Shown here piece by piece: positions 62,401 to 64,000 of a DNA stretch of 64,000 nucleotides. A model generated the notes under the pieces. The model had not been told where the DNA came from, searched no databases, and worked only from the letters and a program-made list of their open reading frames with translations. Positions within the stretch are counted from its first letter, which is position 1. The number at the start of each line of letters is the position of its first letter. Source of the stretch: Phoronis australis. Its lineage: Eukaryota > Animalia > Phoronida. Where the stretch lies: contig NMRA01000055.1 in assembly GCA_002633005.1 (NCBI GenBank), forward strand, positions 576,360 to 640,359, written 5' to 3'. The translations under genes were made by a program, and so were the position numbers.

Positions 62401-63140
62401 CCTGGGTATATCTACAGAAAACTATTCACATACAGGCCAGCTAAAGATCAGCCTGTCTGCAGAAAACTCTAGTACAAGTGATACCAACAATGCAGTACTA
62501 ACAAAAATAACACGACAGTTAAAGACCAAACTGTGAACAGTTAGTGTCAACAGTTTCAAGCTTTACAAATTTGCAGAATGCCAAAATAATTAAAAGTACA
62601 AATTAAAAAAGTGCAACTCACTTGCTCTGGAAGCACTGAAATATCATTTCCCCTAACTTAATGATTTATAGTTTTTGCATCCAATATTTCACCTAAAGAT
62701 GAATGACAATGTCAATCATTTGAGCAAATATTTGTAGTTATAGTAGAACGTGCCTTCAATTTTGCACTGAATTGCAATTTTTTTTTCAAAAGTCAATTAT
62801 ACTCTTAACATGCTCAAAATTTACATGTTTTGATTTATGATTTGTACAGTGCAAAATTTTTCTTCATTTTTATACTTGGGACATCTGACATTCTTAATTT
62901 TAAAAATTCCACTTGATTGCATGTTAAATAGAACATTGTTCCATTGGACTAAATTCACTTTTGATGAATTGGAATGAGTTATATCTTTAAATAATCTATG
63001 TCTATTGCAAAATTCAAGAACTAGACTATGACAAATATGACGAACTCAACCACGACAGTCAAAACTCACTTTGCCATGATAAGGAGACCATCATCATGGA
63101 AACAGTCCAAAAATATCTGCTGCTCATATTCTAACAACAT
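29150..63140 (-). CDS. ERCC4: DNA repair endonuclease XPF (ERCC4/FANCQ), gene span, 21 coding exons, 2640 nt = 879 aa + stop
   Basis: Runs from [12 protein letters not shown] through the helicase-like domain ([28 protein letters not shown]), the nuclease motif VDMREFRS...[19 protein letters not shown], and the HhH2 tail [11 protein letters not shown]. All junctions are GT-AG and phase-consistent. Confidence 0.97.
30193..30285 (-). CDS. ERCC4: ERCC4 coding exon 20
   Basis: [31 protein letters not shown] |gtaggt. Confidence 0.92.
30700..31092. mobile_element. Degenerate Tc1/mariner-like MITE
   Basis: TA|CAGTGGACCCCGC ... TTAAGTGGGCTCCACATA weak TIR match. Confidence 0.35.
31252..31392 (-). 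CDS. ERCC4: ERCC4 coding exon 19
   Basis: [47 protein letters not shown] |gtaacc. Confidence 0.95.
31318..32157. repeat. Tandem array derived from ERCC4 exon 19 and its acceptor (about 100-118-bp units grading into about 60-bp units)
   Basis: Recurrent GAGCATGCTCAACAGGAAGTGAAAGGTCAA; the first unit is the exon itself; one inverted partial unit at about 31971-32013. Confidence 0.85.
32583..32843 (-). CDS. ERCC4: ERCC4 coding exon 18 (nuclease active site)
   Basis: [20 protein letters not shown]...GDY...ERKSVSD...PFSLQ |gtgagt. Confidence 0.97.
33256..33390 (-). CDS. ERCC4: ERCC4 coding exon 17
   Basis: [11 protein letters not shown]...NTRKGG...RQK |gtaggg. Confidence 0.93.
33879..34016 (-). 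CDS. ERCC4: ERCC4 coding exon 16
   Basis: [46 protein letters not shown] |gtaaga. Confidence 0.95.
34267..34464 (-). CDS. ERCC4: ERCC4 coding exon 15
   Basis: ...[13 protein letters not shown]...[18 protein letters not shown] |gtgata. Confidence 0.95.
35459..35572 (-). CDS. ERCC4: ERCC4 coding exon 14
   Basis: [10 protein letters not shown]...LTLTQMMKD...VD |gtatga. Confidence 0.85.
36887..36973 (-). CDS. ERCC4: ERCC4 coding exon 13
   Basis: [29 protein letters not shown] |gttagt. Confidence 0.85.
37942..38102 (-). CDS. ERCC4: ERCC4 coding exon 12
   Basis: [15 protein letters not shown]...[20 protein letters not shown] |gttagt. Confidence 0.95.
39351..40162. mobile_element. Tc1/mariner (pogo-like) MITE
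   Basis: TA|(C/T)CGTATTCGCCGTAATAAC(C/T)GCCCA TIRs at both ends with TA target duplication. Confidence 0.8.
40301..40370 (-). CDS. ERCC4: ERCC4 coding exon 11
   Basis: ttttttag| [24 protein letters not shown]|gtgagt; matches NARARVY position and bridges phase 0 to phase 1. Confidence 0.82.
41306..41528. repeat. 28-bp minisatellite, about 8 copies
   Basis: Unit GGGACCAGGCTCTACAAGATGGCTTGTT. Confidence 0.95.
43785..43898. repeat. 28-bp minisatellite, about 4 copies
   Basis: Unit ACAACAACAAATTCTTGTGTAACAGGAG. Confidence 0.95.
44418..45258. mobile_element. Non-autonomous TTAA-type (Kolobok-like) element, copy A
   Basis: Starts G(A)GTTATGTAGCACC and ends CATAACC|TTAA; homologous to 46302-47143 and 58881-59408. 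Confidence 0.6.
45814..46100. repeat. 30-bp minisatellite (copy in first duplicate)
   Basis: Unit TGATATCAAAATGTTATTTTTACCATGCAT; truncated at N 46101. Confidence 0.9.
46302..47143. mobile_element. Non-autonomous TTAA-type (Kolobok-like) element, copy B (within probable allelic duplication)
   Basis: TTAA|GAGTTATGTAGC ... GCATAACC|TTAA. Confidence 0.6.
47701..47965. repeat. 30-bp minisatellite, about 9 copies, abutting the LRR gene acceptor
   Basis: Same unit as 45814-46100. Confidence 0.9.
48016..48648 (+). CDS. Signal-peptide-bearing extracellular leucine-rich-repeat protein, 3' end lost in N gap; nested antisense in ERCC4 intron 10
   Basis: ccgccATG context; hydrophobic leader [14 protein letters not shown]; at least 7 typical LxxLxLxxNxIxxL repeats ([45 protein letters not shown]); acceptor ttttcag| at 47981 and a CAG|GTAAGT donor at 47439. 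Confidence 0.85.
48649..49221. other. Assembly gap (N run)
   Basis: 573 Ns. Confidence 1.
49481..49534. repeat. Perfect inverted repeat, 25-bp arms, 4-nt loop
   Basis: TATTGGTGAAGTAGAAATGACGACA-GAGT-TGTCGTCATTTCTACTTCACCAATA. Confidence 0.95.
49680..53213 (-). mobile_element. Full-length Kolobok-type DNA transposon (3534 bp)
   Basis: TTAA on both sides (49676-49679, 53214-53217); 18-bp imperfect TIRs GGTGAGACATGGCAGTAC / GGTCAGACACGGCAGTCC; GG...CC termini; single intact transposase ORF. Confidence 0.88.
50272..52179 (-). CDS. DDE transposase (Kolobok; domain often labelled Mutator-like), 635 aa, uninterrupted
   Basis: [16 protein letters not shown] (D1), ISDGDS (D2), ECLNHCSK (CxxH), TQNSNEALN (E); N-terminal basic NLS-like KKRRK and CPGC...CTKVDC Zn-binding motif. 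Confidence 0.93.
   Translation of the reverse strand: MGKTKQAVQRPFGSAKKRRKQQLSKAREAKVNTQQAQVIECDDSTSDDGNTEWTLSVDSSSDNMSDSEATVTHSASRKKLTNFYVYRRDNDQLSDDEFDHSDWCLLDIFQLNKMVSNLSCPGCTEGTLAFSKTEKYAGFSQEITLTCTKVDCNFRVSGYSSARLSKSDKGNVRFEVNQLMTLLAHELGQGHALLSKFASIFGLRNMHEKTFQRISKSVQKSYVQAGQENMDAAAAIVRQAHLDLDPTLDPNDTIDIAVSFDGTWHKRGFSSHYGVGTVIEVFTGYVLDYEVLSSYCHACVLAENGSYNTAEWMENHRQNCVKNHAGSSKSMETAAALKIWSRSVDKYNLRYTKVISDGDSTAYKAVCDAKVYGETEIEKMECLNHCSKRVGTNLLKLSKECKLGGRGRGKLTKQKCVVLQNYYRQAVLSNLNDIETMKNRIYASLFHCMSTDRDPRHHHCPPGSDSWCFYRRAQAEGTDPPPHEQAVGHPLSVEVVIKICPLYKRLTDPNLLKRLQHGKTQNSNEALNNLIWVRCPKTVFVGKRKLECAVAAACSKFNEGAKYLTKVMESLSVQALELTRIAVDQEDAARVRNADKRSAEKFQRNRRARLATRNRELSQQEDQEGETYGAGMNID
53760..54045 (-). 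mobile_element. Degenerate Penelope-like retroelement GIY-YIG endonuclease fragment
   Basis: [13 protein letters not shown]...YRGETG...PVAEHF...RRSNE...LNKD fits the PLE pattern (VIYxIxCxxC-YIGETG-PVAxHF-RxxxE-GLN) with substitutions and a deletion. Confidence 0.7.
54698..54767 (-). CDS. ERCC4: ERCC4 coding exon 10
   Basis: [23 protein letters not shown] |gtgagt. Confidence 0.93.
55599..55652 (-). CDS. ERCC4: ERCC4 coding exon 9
   Basis: [19 protein letters not shown]|gtaagt. Confidence 0.93.
56241..56338. repeat. 44-bp duplication (54-bp period) including the ERCC4 exon 8 donor
   Basis: ACAACACAATTGACTTAACCCACACTCACCGAAGCACCAATCTT at 56241 and 56295. Confidence 0.95.
56324..56472 (-). CDS. 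ERCC4: ERCC4 coding exon 8
   Basis: [12 protein letters not shown]...[28 protein letters not shown]|gtgagt. Confidence 0.95.
57060..57173 (-). CDS. ERCC4: ERCC4 coding exon 7
   Basis: [11 protein letters not shown]...KELKRCNPS |gtgagt. Confidence 0.95.
58128..58280 (-). CDS. ERCC4: ERCC4 coding exon 6
   Basis: TGFIKAFS...[17 protein letters not shown] |gtaatg. Confidence 0.95.
58586..58643 (-). CDS. ERCC4: ERCC4 coding exon 5
   Basis: [19 protein letters not shown] |gtaatg. Confidence 0.93.
58881..59408. mobile_element. Non-autonomous TTAA-type (Kolobok-like) element, diverged copy C
   Basis: TIR GGCTATTTAGGACC ... GGTCCTACATAATC|TTAA; shares ACTGACAAGTC and ATATGATGTTCCGAA blocks with copies A and B. 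Confidence 0.55.
59612..60268 (+). repeat. Interspersed repeat, copy 2 (copy 1 at about 3435-4045)
   Basis: Same colinear blocks as 3435-4045. Confidence 0.75.
60790..60912 (-). CDS. ERCC4: ERCC4 coding exon 4
   Basis: [27 protein letters not shown]...KAN TC|gtgagt. Confidence 0.95.
61274..61356 (-). CDS. ERCC4: ERCC4 coding exon 3
   Basis: EYFIQEL...[11 protein letters not shown]|gtaaga. Confidence 0.93.
61876..61972 (-). CDS. ERCC4: ERCC4 coding exon 2
   Basis: [12 protein letters not shown]...[10 protein letters not shown] |gtgaac. Confidence 0.93.
63070..63140 (-). CDS. ERCC4: ERCC4 coding exon 1
   Basis: [25 protein letters not shown]|gtgagt. Confidence 0.9.
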
Positions 63141-63356
63141 AGTGATGGTGATCCTTGGTGCACTGCCAGTCCTGTCGTTACGTGGATAATAACCCTGATC
63201 TGTCACATTTTTATGAATACCGTCTCAAGGTTTTTGTCTCATCTTCACTTTTGCCTAAAACAAAACCAATGAGAATTTTTGAACAATAACTCAGAATTAA
63301 TTAACTTTGTGAAATGAGTGGGAGTTGTTGGAAGACGATCTCCACCACTGTTCTGT

Positions 63357-63436
63357 AATTGCATAAGAAATTGTTGTATAAGAATTGCATAAGCAATTGT
63401 TGTATAAGAATTGCATAAGCAATTGTTGTACAAGAA
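63357..63436. repeat. 26-bp tandem repeat x3
   Basis: AATTGCATAAGCAATTGTTGTATAAG. Confidence 0.9.
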
Positions 63437-64000
63437 ATAATTGATTGAATCCTCTAGACTTGGAACGCATTCACTCTCTTTCTTTTTGCTGTACCTTGCC
63501 TTATATGGGCATGCTACTTGTGTGTATATTTATTGATGTGACCATAGAAAAATATGCACAATGTCCCACCAATCAACAACAGGAGTGCAGAGAGAATTTT
63601 CTTGATTATGTTAAAGCATAAATAATTGGCAAATCTACAGCATTTTCATCCAGGGACCTATCTTACCTGAGGGTGAGGTGAAAATCCTCCCATGTTTGCC
63701 ACCAATACAAGAGACTATGGAGGTTAAAAGTGATTCTAAGTAGGGGATAAATTTTTTAATCCTTCAAGGGTAGTTTTTGGGCTTGATGAGGGGAATTTTG
63801 AGTGACTTTAAATTATTTTTCAGGGAAGAATGGAGCCCATATTCAGCCCCAAAATCTAGGCACTAAGGCCCCTACCATCTCACATGAAGTCAAGTCAAGT
63901 CTCTTACACCGTTCTCGGATTTTTAGAACAGTTTGATGCTCAGCAGAGGAAAGTGGTTCTGAAAATGCAGGACATCTGTATCTGACTATTTCCAAGTACA

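Noticed and set aside
63908-63958. Possible non-coding ERCC4 5' exon (cattttcag| ... |gtaaga on - strand)
   Set aside because: Splice signals only; cannot be supported without transcripts.

Overview
AT-rich, intron-rich animal DNA, apparently an invertebrate (plausibly a hemichordate- or echinoderm-type deuterostome; the species cannot be read from the sequence). The draft assembly has single-N joins at 13136, 19502 and 46101 and an N gap at 48649-49221. I reconstructed three spliced genes by hand with GT-AG junctions and consistent phases: FANCC (- strand, 10 coding exons, 2748-12966, start codon unresolved), RNF11 (+ strand, 3 exons, 14289-21442, head-to-head with FANCC) and ERCC4/XPF/FANCQ (- strand, 21 coding exons, 29150-63140, 879 aa). 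The 14.3-kb intron 10 of ERCC4 (40371-54697) contains a nested antisense signal-peptide LRR gene cut by the gap, an apparently intact 3.5-kb TTAA-flanked Kolobok-type DNA transposon with a 635-aa DDE transposase, a Penelope GIY-YIG remnant, minisatellites and a 1.9-kb probably allelic duplication. Other notable items are a minisatellite derived from ERCC4 exon 19 and its acceptor, a duplicated splice donor, repeat-borne CTCF-like motifs, and many MITEs and SINEs. Homology calls rest on my recall of the human proteins, not on searches.
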